Shown: positions 1-8,021 of the stretch, piece by piece | Position numbering within the stretch: position 1 is the stretch's first letter | How the letters are laid out: every line of letters begins with the position of its first letter | DNA from: Clostridiales bacterium | Lineage (GTDB): Bacteria; Bacillota; Clostridia; Christensenellales; Borkfalkiaceae | Direction: 5' to 3' | DNA length: 41,711 bases | Assembly (NCBI GenBank): GCA_021635425.1 | Contig: JAJWOJ010000001.1 | Location: forward strand, 1 to 41,711 | Made by a program: the position numbers and the translations under genes | Notes under the pieces: model-generated | The model's input: the letters and a program-made list of their open reading frames with translations, nothing else | What the model was told of the DNA's origin: nothing | The model's database searches: none

Positions 1-109
1 CAGTGAGATAACTTGTATCATCGTTAAATAAAATACGAGGAGAAACGATGATAAGAAAAATATTTTTTTCGTTATAAATAAGTTCGGATACTCTGAAAAT
101 TGAGCCGCC

Positions 110-155
110 AAAAAAACGGGACGGACGAGCAAAACGCTCGTCCGTCCCGTTTTTT
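110..155. terminator. Bidirectional rho-independent terminator
   Basis: Perfect 14-bp stem: CGGGACGGACGAGC (117-130) pairs with GCTCGTCCGTCCCG (136-149), loop AAAAC. A7 (110-116) lies upstream and T6 (150-155) downstream, so it can act on either strand. It is ~180 nt past the stop of the minus-strand AraC gene. Confidence 0.8.
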
Positions 156-180
156 GGTTGTCATCAGAGAATTAAACAGG

Positions 181-261
181 GAGCGGCAACCCCTGAGGGG
201 TACAAAAGAAAAATTAAATAGAGGGCGGCAACCCTGAGGGTTACAAAAGAAAAAATAAATA
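181..261. repeat. Two contiguous ~40-bp direct repeats, each with a short CCC(C)TGAGGG(G) hairpin
   Basis: Copy 1 is GAGCGGCAACCCCTGAGGGGTACAAAAGAAAAATTAAATA (181-220). Copy 2 is GAGGGCGGCAACCCTGAGGGTTACAAAAGAAAAAATAAATA (221-261). Both are non-coding and lie between the AraC stop (335) and the terminator at 110-155. Confidence 0.7.
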
Positions 262-334
262 ACGGGCTATAAGTTGATTATCGGCGGTTTTTGCTCGTCA
301 TCGGCTTATTTTTCGCTTATTCGGTTTTTTTCGA

Positions 335-1180
335 TCAGCCCTTTTTTGCTTTGTCCTTTATTTTCGCTTTCGCCATCGAACCGAGCGTCTTGCGGTATGC
401 TCCCGGGGTCATGTGCGTAAATTTCGCGAAACTGCGGTTGAAATACGCGTCGTCTATATATCCGACTTCTTCGGCTATTTCTTTTATCGGTTTGTCGGTT
501 GCGACGAGTAACGTTGCGGCGGTCATCATCCTTTTTTCCTGAACGTATTGTTTTGGCGATTTTCCGAACTGTTTCGTGAAGAGATTTGAAAAATAAATTT
601 TACTTAAAAAAACGAGTTTGCAAAGTTCGTCGTTTTCTATTTTTCCCGAAAGATTATCGTCTATATATTGAAGTACCGGCATGAAACGCGCTTTTTCTTT
701 TGATTCGGCAGCGTGTTCGCTTCCGATAAAGAATTTTGCGAAAAGATAGCTTAAAAGCCCCGTGGCGGCGGCGTTTTTAGCCGTTGCTTCGGGGTGAGAG
801 CCTTCGGAATATCCGAGAATTTTTTTAAAAATCGGCACGTCGGCTTCCTCGGCGGGATAAGAAAACACTTTTTCCGCCGTTTCGAGATAGCGGGCAAGCC
901 CTCTTCCCACGGTGAAGTGTATCCATATATGGTCGAGAGTTTCCGTTATAAGTTTTACGCTTTTTATCGAAAATGCGGGGATAAAATAGATATTTCCTTT
1001 TTTAAGGCGCATGCTTTTATCCGAGAGAATAATATCCGCTTCGCCGTCCGCTATATAGTACACCCTATAGTACGGGAAAAACCCGACGAACTCGTTCCAG
1101 GTGGAATTGACCACCGCGCGCCCCGTTTCGGTTATTTCCGTTTGAAAAAATATGCTTTTGTCGATAATATTTTCGCTCAT
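335..1180 (-). CDS. AraC/XylS-family transcriptional regulator (cupin-like N-domain plus C-terminal double HTH)
   Basis: 281-aa ORF. The C-terminal region reads LSKIYFSNLFTKQFGKSPKQYVQEKRMMTAATLLVATDKPIKEIAEEVGYIDDAYFNRSFAKFTHMTPGAYRK, a typical AraC HTH pair. It is divergent from the GDPD gene. There is no SD; a consensus promoter sits directly upstream. Confidence 0.9.
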   Translation of the reverse strand: MSENIIDKSIFFQTEITETGRAVVNSTWNEFVGFFPYYRVYYIADGEADIILSDKSMRLKKGNIYFIPAFSIKSVKLITETLDHIWIHFTVGRGLARYLETAEKVFSYPAEEADVPIFKKILGYSEGSHPEATAKNAAATGLLSYLFAKFFIGSEHAAESKEKARFMPVLQYIDDNLSGKIENDELCKLVFLSKIYFSNLFTKQFGKSPKQYVQEKRMMTAATLLVATDKPIKEIAEEVGYIDDAYFNRSFAKFTHMTPGAYRKTLGSMAKAKIKDKAKKG

Positions 1181-1186
1181 ACGTGC

Positions 1187-1215
1187 ATTGTATCATAGCG
1201 GGGAACAATTGTCAA
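1187..1215 (-). promoter_or_regulatory. Near-consensus sigma-A-type promoter for the AraC gene, predicting a leaderless mRNA
   Basis: The minus strand reads TTGACA (1215-1210), a 17-nt spacer ending in TGa (extended -10), TACAAT (1192-1187), GCACGT, then ATG (1180). The A of the start codon is the 7th nt after the -10 hexamer. No SD is present. Confidence 0.6.
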
Positions 1216-1219
1216 ACGC

Positions 1220-1314
1220 GGCAATGTAAATTACCGATAAGGCAATGTAAACAGCTTGCATAAGTCTTGTCAAGCAGACCTAAGAAAATTGTAAAAAATA
1301 TGTAAATCTGTAAA
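1220..1314. promoter_or_regulatory. Array of five same-orientation TGTAAA boxes, including a perfect 11-bp direct repeat spaced 21 bp; candidate AraC operator
   Basis: GGCAATGTAAA occurs at 1220-1230 and 1241-1251, 21 bp centre to centre (two helical turns). Further TGTAAA boxes lie at 1290-1295, 1301-1306 and 1309-1314. The perfect repeats abut the -35 of the AraC promoter within the divergent intergenic region. Confidence 0.45.
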
Positions 1315-1342
1315 AAGTACAATTTTTTCTTTATAAATTGCA

Positions 1343-1371
1343 TTGCAATCTTTAAAATTGTGATTTACAAT
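1343..1371 (+). promoter_or_regulatory. Candidate sigma-A promoter for the GDPD gene
   Basis: TTGCAA (1343-1348), 17-nt spacer, TACAAT (1366-1371). This gives a leader of ~55 nt to ATG 1433, which has a good SD (AGGAG). Confidence 0.5.
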
Positions 1372-1432
1372 TAAATCGCAAAATTGTAATAAGGGGCTGG
1401 AAAATCTAATAAGGGTAGGAAAGGAGAATAAA

Positions 1433-3286
1433 ATGAAAAAGATTTTTTGCATGATTCTGGCTTTCGCAGTCTCGCTGGGGTTTATGGCGGGTTTCGGCAG
1501 AACGTATGCGCGCGCGTCTGTCGACGCCGGCGGAACGATTGAAAATAAATTCGTTGCGGAAGCTCTTACGGTTCTTGAAATCGACAACGAAGCTTCGGTT
1601 AAGGAAGCGGACGAAGAAAATTTCGACGTTGCGATAATGAAATTCACCCTGACAGGCGAAATTGCGGATAGCGACGGAAACGCGATTGCGAACGCGGCGG
1701 AGCTTGCCGCTAAGCTTTCGGCAAAAGGCGTCGCGCTTGTTTATCGTATAGACAACTCCGTAATTCTCGAGGCGTTCAGAAGGTTTTACGAGGCGAGCGG
1801 GCTTAAAGACGTAGCGGTCGCTTCGTCGGCAAGTTCTGTTTTAATCGACGCCGCGGAAATTAAAAATCTTAACGCATACTATATAGCGGAAGACGTTTCG
1901 GACAGAACCGCGGCGGCAGGCGCGATAACTCAGGCAAACGCGTTCGGCGCGCAGACGATTATTTTAGAGGGCGAAACAAATTACGATACGGTGAGATATA
2001 TCCAGTCGAGACTCAAATCGGTGTGGGTGAAGACGGGAAGCGACAAAATCTCCGCGGCAAACGCTTTATCGCTCGGCGCATACGGAATAATTTCCTCTTC
2101 GGTTAAGAATCTTAACGAAGTCGTTTTGCAGATTTCGGGCGCGGTTAAGAGCGAAAACGGCTATATCCTGGGCAGAAGCCCTTATATAATAGCTCACAGA
2201 GGACTTACTACGGTTCACACCGAAAATACCGTGGGAGCAATCGTAGACGCGGCTCAAGCGGGAGCGAATCACGTTGAAATCGATATCAGAAAGACAAAAG
2301 ACGGGCAAATCGTTCTTCTTCACGACGACGATATCAGATACGCGATGAGAAACGCGGACGGCTCGGCGGCGAGCGGAGCCGTAAGCAATATGACTCTTGC
2401 GGAGCTTAAAGCTCTCAAAATGAGCGACATGACTTCCGAAATCGCCACGATAGACGAGATTTTCGAAGCCGCGCTTACAAAAGACGCCGAAAATCTTATT
2501 TTAATTATAGAAATTAAGGGGCAAGAACCGGAACTCGTAAGCCTTTTTGCTCAAAAAGTAAATCAATATAATATAGCGGACAGAATAGCGGTTATTTCTT
2601 TCTATCCCGCGCAGATTCTGCGCATGCGTTCCGAACTTCCCGAAGTTCCCACGTCCGTTCTGCTTTACACCGCGAGCGGAGCTAATGCGGTTGAGCAGGC
2701 TAAGGCCGTGAAGAGCGGCGTTGACATGCAGTTCAACGGCAAGGGCGGAATGAAAGCTTATTACGGCGAAGGCGGAACAAAGGAAGCTTACAATACGGCA
2801 TACGCTTACTTTGCAAAACGCGGTTTGTCCCTCTGGCTTTGGACTTATGAAGCGGACAGCATGAAAGAAGCCGTGAAAAACGGCGTTACGGGCATCACGA
2901 CCAACGACCCCGTAACTTACACGGCGGACGAAATCGAAGCGTTGACCCCGAGCGACGTTACGGAAGTTGACGAACTTCCCGCAAACGGAGCGGAAGTAAC
3001 TATAAAAGCAAAAACTTATAAAGGCAAAGAAAAGGACGTTAAGGCAAACGTAGTCGTTCTCGAAAGAAACGACCAAACGGTTAAAGCCGTTCTTTGTTAC
3101 GATTCGGGCGCGTTCGGGCTTTCGAGCAAGGTCGTAACCTTCAAAAAGATTGAGAAAACCGAATCGACCGGCGGAAACGGCGAAAAGAAAGGTTGCGGCG
3201 GCTCTGTCGGCGGCGTGGCGACGCTTTGCGGACTTGCGGCTATTGCGGCTGTAACGCTTATGAAAAAGCGCGAAGACCGAAAATAA
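1433..3286 (+). CDS. Secreted, C-terminally membrane-anchored glycerophosphodiester phosphodiesterase (GDPD) family protein
   Basis: SD AGGAG lies upstream. The N-terminal signal peptide is MKKIFCMILAFAVSLGFMAGFGRTYARA. GDPD motifs are IIAHRGL..HTENT and HVEIDIRKTKDGQIVLLHDDD (from about nt 2186). The C-terminus is GEKKGCGGS, then a hydrophobic helix (VGGVATLCGLAAIAAVTLM), then KKREDRK. Confidence 0.85.
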   Translation: MKKIFCMILAFAVSLGFMAGFGRTYARASVDAGGTIENKFVAEALTVLEIDNEASVKEADEENFDVAIMKFTLTGEIADSDGNAIANAAELAAKLSAKGVALVYRIDNSVILEAFRRFYEASGLKDVAVASSASSVLIDAAEIKNLNAYYIAEDVSDRTAAAGAITQANAFGAQTIILEGETNYDTVRYIQSRLKSVWVKTGSDKISAANALSLGAYGIISSSVKNLNEVVLQISGAVKSENGYILGRSPYIIAHRGLTTVHTENTVGAIVDAAQAGANHVEIDIRKTKDGQIVLLHDDDIRYAMRNADGSAASGAVSNMTLAELKALKMSDMTSEIATIDEIFEAALTKDAENLILIIEIKGQEPELVSLFAQKVNQYNIADRIAVISFYPAQILRMRSELPEVPTSVLLYTASGANAVEQAKAVKSGVDMQFNGKGGMKAYYGEGGTKEAYNTAYAYFAKRGLSLWLWTYEADSMKEAVKNGVTGITTNDPVTYTADEIEALTPSDVTEVDELPANGAEVTIKAKTYKGKEKDVKANVVVLERNDQTVKAVLCYDSGAFGLSSKVVTFKKIEKTESTGGNGEKKGCGGSVGGVATLCGLAAIAAVTLMKKREDRK

Positions 3287-3330
3287 CGGCAATAAGGCGG
3301 TAAATACTTAAAATCGCAGATAAAAACCGA

Positions 3331-3353
3331 AAAAAGCAGACTAGTCTGCTTTT
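3331..3353 (+). terminator. Short palindromic terminator-like hairpin after the GDPD gene
   Basis: AAAAAGCAGA-CTAG-TCTGCTTTT is a perfect palindrome: a 5-bp GC-containing stem extended by A:U pairs, with a 4-nt loop. A second small hairpin, TTTTGCTT-GAA-AAGCAAAA, overlaps at 3350-3368. Confidence 0.45.
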
Positions 3354-3355
3354 GC

Positions 3356-3384
3356 TTGAAAAGCAAAAGCAAGGCTTTTATAAG
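3356..3384 (+). promoter_or_regulatory. Candidate sigma-A promoter of the long block-1 operon
   Basis: TTGAAA (3356-3361), 17-nt spacer, TATAAG (3379-3384). It lies ~20 nt upstream of the GGAGG SD of the SGNH lipoprotein gene. Confidence 0.5.
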
Positions 3385-3407
3385 AGAAAAATAACGGAGG
3401 AATGAAG

Positions 3408-4733
3408 ATGAAAATTTTAAAATCTTTACTGTGCATTGCCATGGCGGGAACCATGCTTGCGGTTGCGGCTTGTTCGGGCGGCGGATCCGATTCGACCTCT
3501 TCTGGCGGCGGCGAAAGCGCATCTCAAAGCGAAAAAGGAGAAATCGACATGAAGAAATTTCCGCTTTACGACAAGAATTACGAAAACCTCGCTTACGACG
3601 AGGACGATTACAAAAACGCGATGAGCGCGCCTTATTGGAAGGGTAACGTTATGCATAACGAATTATCTCTCCCCATTCTTTACGAAAACGGCGAGGTTTA
3701 CGCGAAATTATATTACGCTCCGACGAAAGTTTTCGCCGTTAAGGATCAGAAACTCGAAAAAACTTACGAAGAAGGCAAGGATTACGTTGTGGATAAAGAG
3801 AACAAAAAGCTCGTTATCCCGAAGGGGTCTTCTATTCCCGCCCTTTACGAAAAGGCGGACGAAGGCGAAAATCCGCCCGAAGGCTTCGCTTACACGACGG
3901 GCATGCCGAACAACATAGATCTTTACACGATATGGAACCTCGGAACGGGAAACTTCGTATACACCGAAAGCGCGTATTTCTACGGCAAATATCTTTCGGT
4001 TTCGTATGCGTACGACGTCGAAGAACTCGATACTTCGGTGTTTGCGAAATACGACGCCACGACGCTTACTGCCGTCAGGAACAAACTTAAAAACGGCGAG
4101 GAAATAAGCCTCGTCACTATAGGCGACAGCATTACGGAAGGATGTTCTTCTACGGGCGACAATCTTCACGTCGCGCCGAACACCCCATGCTATGCGAAAC
4201 AAATCAAAACCGAACTCGAAAGGGTTTACGGCGCGAAAGTTAAGCTTACCAACATAGGTAAGGGCGGAAGCGAAAGCAAATGGCCGCTTTCGGGCGAGGG
4301 AAGCGCCGCGCTCGGAAAAGCAAAAGAAGCCGCTCCCGACCTTTGCATAATCGCATACGGAATGAACGATTCTTCTTCGCAGGTTTCGCCTGTGGCTTAC
4401 GACGATAATATCCGTTCGATAATAAGAGAAATCAAAAACGTTTCGGAAAATTGCGAGTTTATCCTCGTAAACAGCTTTCCGTGCAATCCGTTGTACGAAA
4501 GAGACGCTACGCTTTTCGACGGATATCTTAAAAAACTCAACAAAATAGCGGCGGAAGACGAAGGCGGTCATATCGTCGTCGCGGATATGCAGAAAGTGGG
4601 TAAATATTACATGCAGACGAAGAAATACTGCGAAATTTCGTCCAGCAACGTAAATCACCCCAACGATTTCCTCCACAGAGTTTACGCGATGAATATCGTT
4701 TCGACTATCTGCGATTACAAAAATATCAAATAA
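3408..4733 (+). CDS. Lipoprotein, SGNH/GDSL-family hydrolase (putative carbohydrate esterase) with an N-terminal beta-rich domain
   Basis: GGAGG (3396-3400) is 7 nt upstream of ATG 3408; the in-frame ATG at 3402 is too close to the SD. The lipobox is LAVAAC-SGGGS. SGNH blocks are LVTIGDSITEGCSS (block I), AYGMNDS (block III) and NVNHPND (block V-like). Confidence 0.8.
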   Translation: MKILKSLLCIAMAGTMLAVAACSGGGSDSTSSGGGESASQSEKGEIDMKKFPLYDKNYENLAYDEDDYKNAMSAPYWKGNVMHNELSLPILYENGEVYAKLYYAPTKVFAVKDQKLEKTYEEGKDYVVDKENKKLVIPKGSSIPALYEKADEGENPPEGFAYTTGMPNNIDLYTIWNLGTGNFVYTESAYFYGKYLSVSYAYDVEELDTSVFAKYDATTLTAVRNKLKNGEEISLVTIGDSITEGCSSTGDNLHVAPNTPCYAKQIKTELERVYGAKVKLTNIGKGGSESKWPLSGEGSAALGKAKEAAPDLCIIAYGMNDSSSQVSPVAYDDNIRSIIREIKNVSENCEFILVNSFPCNPLYERDATLFDGYLKKLNKIAAEDEGGHIVVADMQKVGKYYMQTKKYCEISSSNVNHPNDFLHRVYAMNIVSTICDYKNIK

Positions 4734-4770
4734 AAACTAAGGCTGTAATTTCAGTCAAGGGAGAAAAAAT

Positions 4771-6192
4771 ATGAAAAAATCATTCAAACTTTTATCGCTT
4801 ATATTGGCGATAGCTTGTTCTCTGGCGTTTGTCGGCTGCGGAAACAATAACGGCGGCAATAGCGGCAATAGCGGTAACGGCGGCAACAGCGGCAAGCCGT
4901 CCGACGGCGGAAAAGCGGCTTACACCGTAGATTTCGATCTTCCCGCAACGACCGAAACTTCCCTTAAGATATCTATCCCCGATAACGAGCCGGAAAAGAA
5001 GAAGATCAACGCGATGATCGAGGCTTTCAACGCGAAATACCCGAAAATCACGATAACCACTTCCACGTTTACCATCGACAGTTATGCCACGACCATTGCT
5101 CAGCAGGGTAAAGCGGGGCTTTTGGCGGATATCGTCTGGTGCAATTCCTCGAACTTCTTCGTTCCCGTTGCATACGGCTATGCGCTTAACCTTAACGATT
5201 ACGTCAAACAGGCAAAGGAAGCGGGCGCGTTCGATTATGAAAAGGATTTTACCGAAGCGTTCGGAAAAATGGGTAAGTCGGGCGGAAGCCTTTACGCAAT
5301 CGCTCGTTCTACCGATAGCGTAGTAACTTTCTACAATAAAGAAATTCTCAAAGCGGCGGGCGTTGACCTTTCCGTTTTCAAAAACGGTTGGACGTGGTCG
5401 GATTTTCTTTCCGTATGCGAACAGCTCAGACAGTATTACGATAAAAACGGACAGAAAAAAGCATATCCTATCGACGCGAATATCGGTTGGGAATCGGTCG
5501 GTTATCCTATAATCAAAGCTCTCGGCGGCGAAGTATTCAACGAAAAAGGCGAGTTCTGCCTTACCAAAGAAGTTTCGGATAAGGTTTACGCGTTTATTCG
5601 CGAACTCGTAGAGAAGAGATATATTCCTTCCGAAAACGATTCGGTAACGAGCTTCGAGTCGGGAACGGGCGCGATGCTTTTCCAGTCGGCTTCGCTCGAC
5701 GTTTATCAGTCCAAGGCTACTCACGCCGACAAGTTCGACGTGGTATCCTTCCCGCTCATCGGCGAAAATCCTCAGATCGGCTTCGGCTTTGCGGGATATT
5801 TCGTAAACGACGCGGTAAGAAACAACAGAAACAAACTCAATGCCGCGCTCGCGTTCATGACCTATCTCATGAGCTATGACGGACAGCAGGTTATGGCAGA
5901 GAAAGGCGGACTTAACCTTCCTTCTATCAGAAACGACCTTTCCGAAACCAATCCCGACGCTAAATGGTGCGTTCAGTATAAAGATAAATTCAACGTTGCC
6001 GCATATACTTACGGCGGTTCGTACAAAGTAGGCGTGGATTTCCTTCAGTACGTTAAACCCACGCTTGCAAACGCTGTAATCAAAGCTCTTAACGGCTACA
6101 CGGGCAGCTATTGCATTGATAAAGATAAAACTGCCGACAAGGCTTATAATCTCTTTAAAGCGGAAATAGAGGAAGTCCTGGAAGATGTATAA
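4771..6192 (+). CDS. ABC sugar transporter, extracellular solute-binding lipoprotein (CUT1 type)
   Basis: SD is AGGGAG. The lipobox is LAFVGC-GNNNGGNSG, followed by a G/N/S-rich linker. Size (473 aa) and position, immediately upstream of two MalF/MalG-type permease genes, fit the call. Confidence 0.85.
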   Translation: MKKSFKLLSLILAIACSLAFVGCGNNNGGNSGNSGNGGNSGKPSDGGKAAYTVDFDLPATTETSLKISIPDNEPEKKKINAMIEAFNAKYPKITITTSTFTIDSYATTIAQQGKAGLLADIVWCNSSNFFVPVAYGYALNLNDYVKQAKEAGAFDYEKDFTEAFGKMGKSGGSLYAIARSTDSVVTFYNKEILKAAGVDLSVFKNGWTWSDFLSVCEQLRQYYDKNGQKKAYPIDANIGWESVGYPIIKALGGEVFNEKGEFCLTKEVSDKVYAFIRELVEKRYIPSENDSVTSFESGTGAMLFQSASLDVYQSKATHADKFDVVSFPLIGENPQIGFGFAGYFVNDAVRNNRNKLNAALAFMTYLMSYDGQQVMAEKGGLNLPSIRNDLSETNPDAKWCVQYKDKFNVAAYTYGGSYKVGVDFLQYVKPTLANAVIKALNGYTGSYCIDKDKTADKAYNLFKAEIEEVLEDV

Positions 6193-7105
6193 TAAAAAGT
6201 CGCTTTCTTTCGGGGAAAGGACGAAAAAATTCTGGCGCGACAATCGCGAGGGGTGGATGTTCGTCCTTCCCCTCGTAATCGGGCTTGCCGTGTTCACGGC
6301 TTATCCGATGTTTCAGTCGCTCGTATATTCGTTCCACCGTTATAAAGGTACGGATTACATTTTTAACGGCTGGACGAACTATAAGCACATACTGACGAAA
6401 AACAGAGATTTTTGGGGCGTTGTGGGAAACACTTGTTTCTATGCGTTCGTGAGCGTGCCGATAGTTCTCGTTTCGAGCTATCTCATCGCAACGCTCGTAA
6501 ATCAGAAAGTCAAAGGCGTGGGTATTTTCAGGGTGATTTACTATTTGCCTTGCGTAATCCCCGGCGTCGTCGGCGGGCTTTTGTGGAAGGATATCTTTTC
6601 GCAAAACGGTATTTTCAACCAGTTTCTTTCTCTTTTCGGCGCGCATTGCGATTTCTTCGAAAGCGGAAACAAATTCGTTGCGATACCTTCGATATTCCTC
6701 ATGAATATGTGGGGCATAGGCGGCGGAATGATATTGTGGCTTTCGGCGTTCAAATCGATCCCTGCGCAGCTTTACGAGGCGGCGGAAATCGACGGAGCGG
6801 GGAAAGTGAAATGTTTCTTCAACATAACTATTCCCATGTCTGCGCCGATGATATTCTTCAACGTGGTAACGATGCTTATCGGAACGCTTCAGTATAACGG
6901 AACGCTCACCTATGCGCCGAACGGCGGCGAAGGAAAGGACGGATCGCTGTTTATGTACGCCGTTCTCATTTACGAAAAGGCGTTTCAGGAACTCAGCTTC
7001 GGTTATGCTTCGGCTCTTGCGTGGTTGCTTCTTGTTTTCGTTCTTGCCCTCACGGGCTTGCTCTTCTTCCTCAGAAGATTTATGTACAGCGGGGAGGATA
7101 ACTAA
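6185..7105 (+). CDS. ABC sugar transporter permease (MalF/UgpA-like)
   Basis: Multi-pass membrane protein with the EAA loop LYEAAEIDGAGKVKCFFNITIPM. Its start overlaps the upstream stop by 8 nt. Confidence 0.9.
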   Translation: MYNKKSLSFGERTKKFWRDNREGWMFVLPLVIGLAVFTAYPMFQSLVYSFHRYKGTDYIFNGWTNYKHILTKNRDFWGVVGNTCFYAFVSVPIVLVSSYLIATLVNQKVKGVGIFRVIYYLPCVIPGVVGGLLWKDIFSQNGIFNQFLSLFGAHCDFFESGNKFVAIPSIFLMNMWGIGGGMILWLSAFKSIPAQLYEAAEIDGAGKVKCFFNITIPMSAPMIFFNVVTMLIGTLQYNGTLTYAPNGGEGKDGSLFMYAVLIYEKAFQELSFGYASALAWLLLVFVLALTGLLFFLRRFMYSGEDN

Positions 7106-7108
7106 GCC

Positions 7109-7993
7109 ATGGCGACAGCGAATTTAACAGTGAAAAAAACAATGTCCGCAAAGACGAGCGCGGCGATATATAAGGTCGTCTGCTACACGCTTTTAGTGTT
7201 GTTTGCGATTATTCTTATATTCCCCTACGTCTTTATGGTAAGCAAAAGCCTTATGACCCCCGAGGAAGCGATAAGCCCCAAAACGGTGCTTTTCCCCGCT
7301 TCTCCGCAGTGGGTAAACTACGCCGAGATATTGAAAGACAGCGGTTACGGAATGGCGTTCGTGCATACGCTCGAGGTTATCCTCTTCAACTCGATCGCGG
7401 TTCCTCTTTCGGCAACTTTCGTTGCGTTCGGCTTTGCGAGATTCAAATTCTTCGGCAAGAACTTCCTTTTCATGTTCATGCTCTCGACGATGATGCTTCC
7501 CGCCGTCGTAACGCAGATATCTCTGTACGTTTTATACAGCAAGATAAACTGGCTTAACACCCTGCTTCCGCTCACGATCCCGAACGTCACGGGCGGCGGA
7601 GCGATATATATCTTCCTTGCGCGCTCGTTTATTCAAAGTCTTCCGAAAGACATCGACGACGCGGCGAAGATTGACGGCGCAGGACCTATAAGAAGATATG
7701 CGGCGATAACCCTTCCTCTTTTAAAGCCCGTGATAATTTATATCGTCATCAACGTTTTCAATGCGGCATGGGGCGATTATTACGGTCCGCTCATCTGGAA
7801 GCTCGACGAATCCTTCCCCGACACGCTCGCATATAAGGTGTTCTACCTCATTACAAGCGGCGCGGTCGGTAACGACAAAACAAACATTCGTATGGCGGCG
7901 GGCGTTATAATGAGCGTGGTTCCCGCGGTCTTGTTCTTCATCTTCCAGAAGCAACTCATCGAAGGCGTTGCGATGGACGGTCTGAAAGGATAA
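7109..7993 (+). CDS. ABC sugar transporter permease (MalG/UgpE-like)
   Basis: Six predicted TM segments and the EAA loop DIDDAAKIDGAGPIRRYAAITLPLLKP. SD GGAGGA lies upstream. Confidence 0.9.
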   Translation: MATANLTVKKTMSAKTSAAIYKVVCYTLLVLFAIILIFPYVFMVSKSLMTPEEAISPKTVLFPASPQWVNYAEILKDSGYGMAFVHTLEVILFNSIAVPLSATFVAFGFARFKFFGKNFLFMFMLSTMMLPAVVTQISLYVLYSKINWLNTLLPLTIPNVTGGGAIYIFLARSFIQSLPKDIDDAAKIDGAGPIRRYAAITLPLLKPVIIYIVINVFNAAWGDYYGPLIWKLDESFPDTLAYKVFYLITSGAVGNDKTNIRMAAGVIMSVVPAVLFFIFQKQLIEGVAMDGLKG

Positions 7994-8021
7994 TAGCAAA
8001 GATATATCATTGAGGAAAATT

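Noticed and set aside
17-52. Hairpin ATCATCGTT...AACGATGAT (9-bp stem, 18-nt loop) at the window edge, plus possible C-terminal codons of an upstream gene.
   Set aside because: It is too close to the window boundary to interpret. The loop is large and no adjacent U-tract exists. No reading frame can be supported from roughly 30 nt.
291-542. 83-aa plus-strand ORF overlapping the 3' end of the AraC gene.
   Set aside because: It is antisense to a strongly supported AraC HTH region, with no SD. Its hydrophobic, low-complexity translation is typical of a shadow frame.
4792-6297. Very long antisense ORFs opposite real genes. Examples on the minus strand are 4792-6297, 12292-13848, 18642-19706, 29940-31103, 35218-36444, 38757-39722 and 40828-41670.
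   Set aside because: Their translations are R/F/V/K-rich low-complexity strings with no motifs, no SD and no sensible starts. Each lies fully inside a well-supported sense gene. The sense genes largely avoid TTA, CTA and TCA codons, which removes stop codons from the codon-aligned antisense frame. These are shadow ORFs created by codon bias.
4771-7993. Both ABC importers (4771-7993 and 28164-31790) lack an ATPase gene.
   Set aside because: This is normal for CUT1/Lpl-type sugar importers in Firmicutes, which commonly share a single MsmK/MsiK-like ATPase encoded elsewhere. It is not evidence of a defective system.
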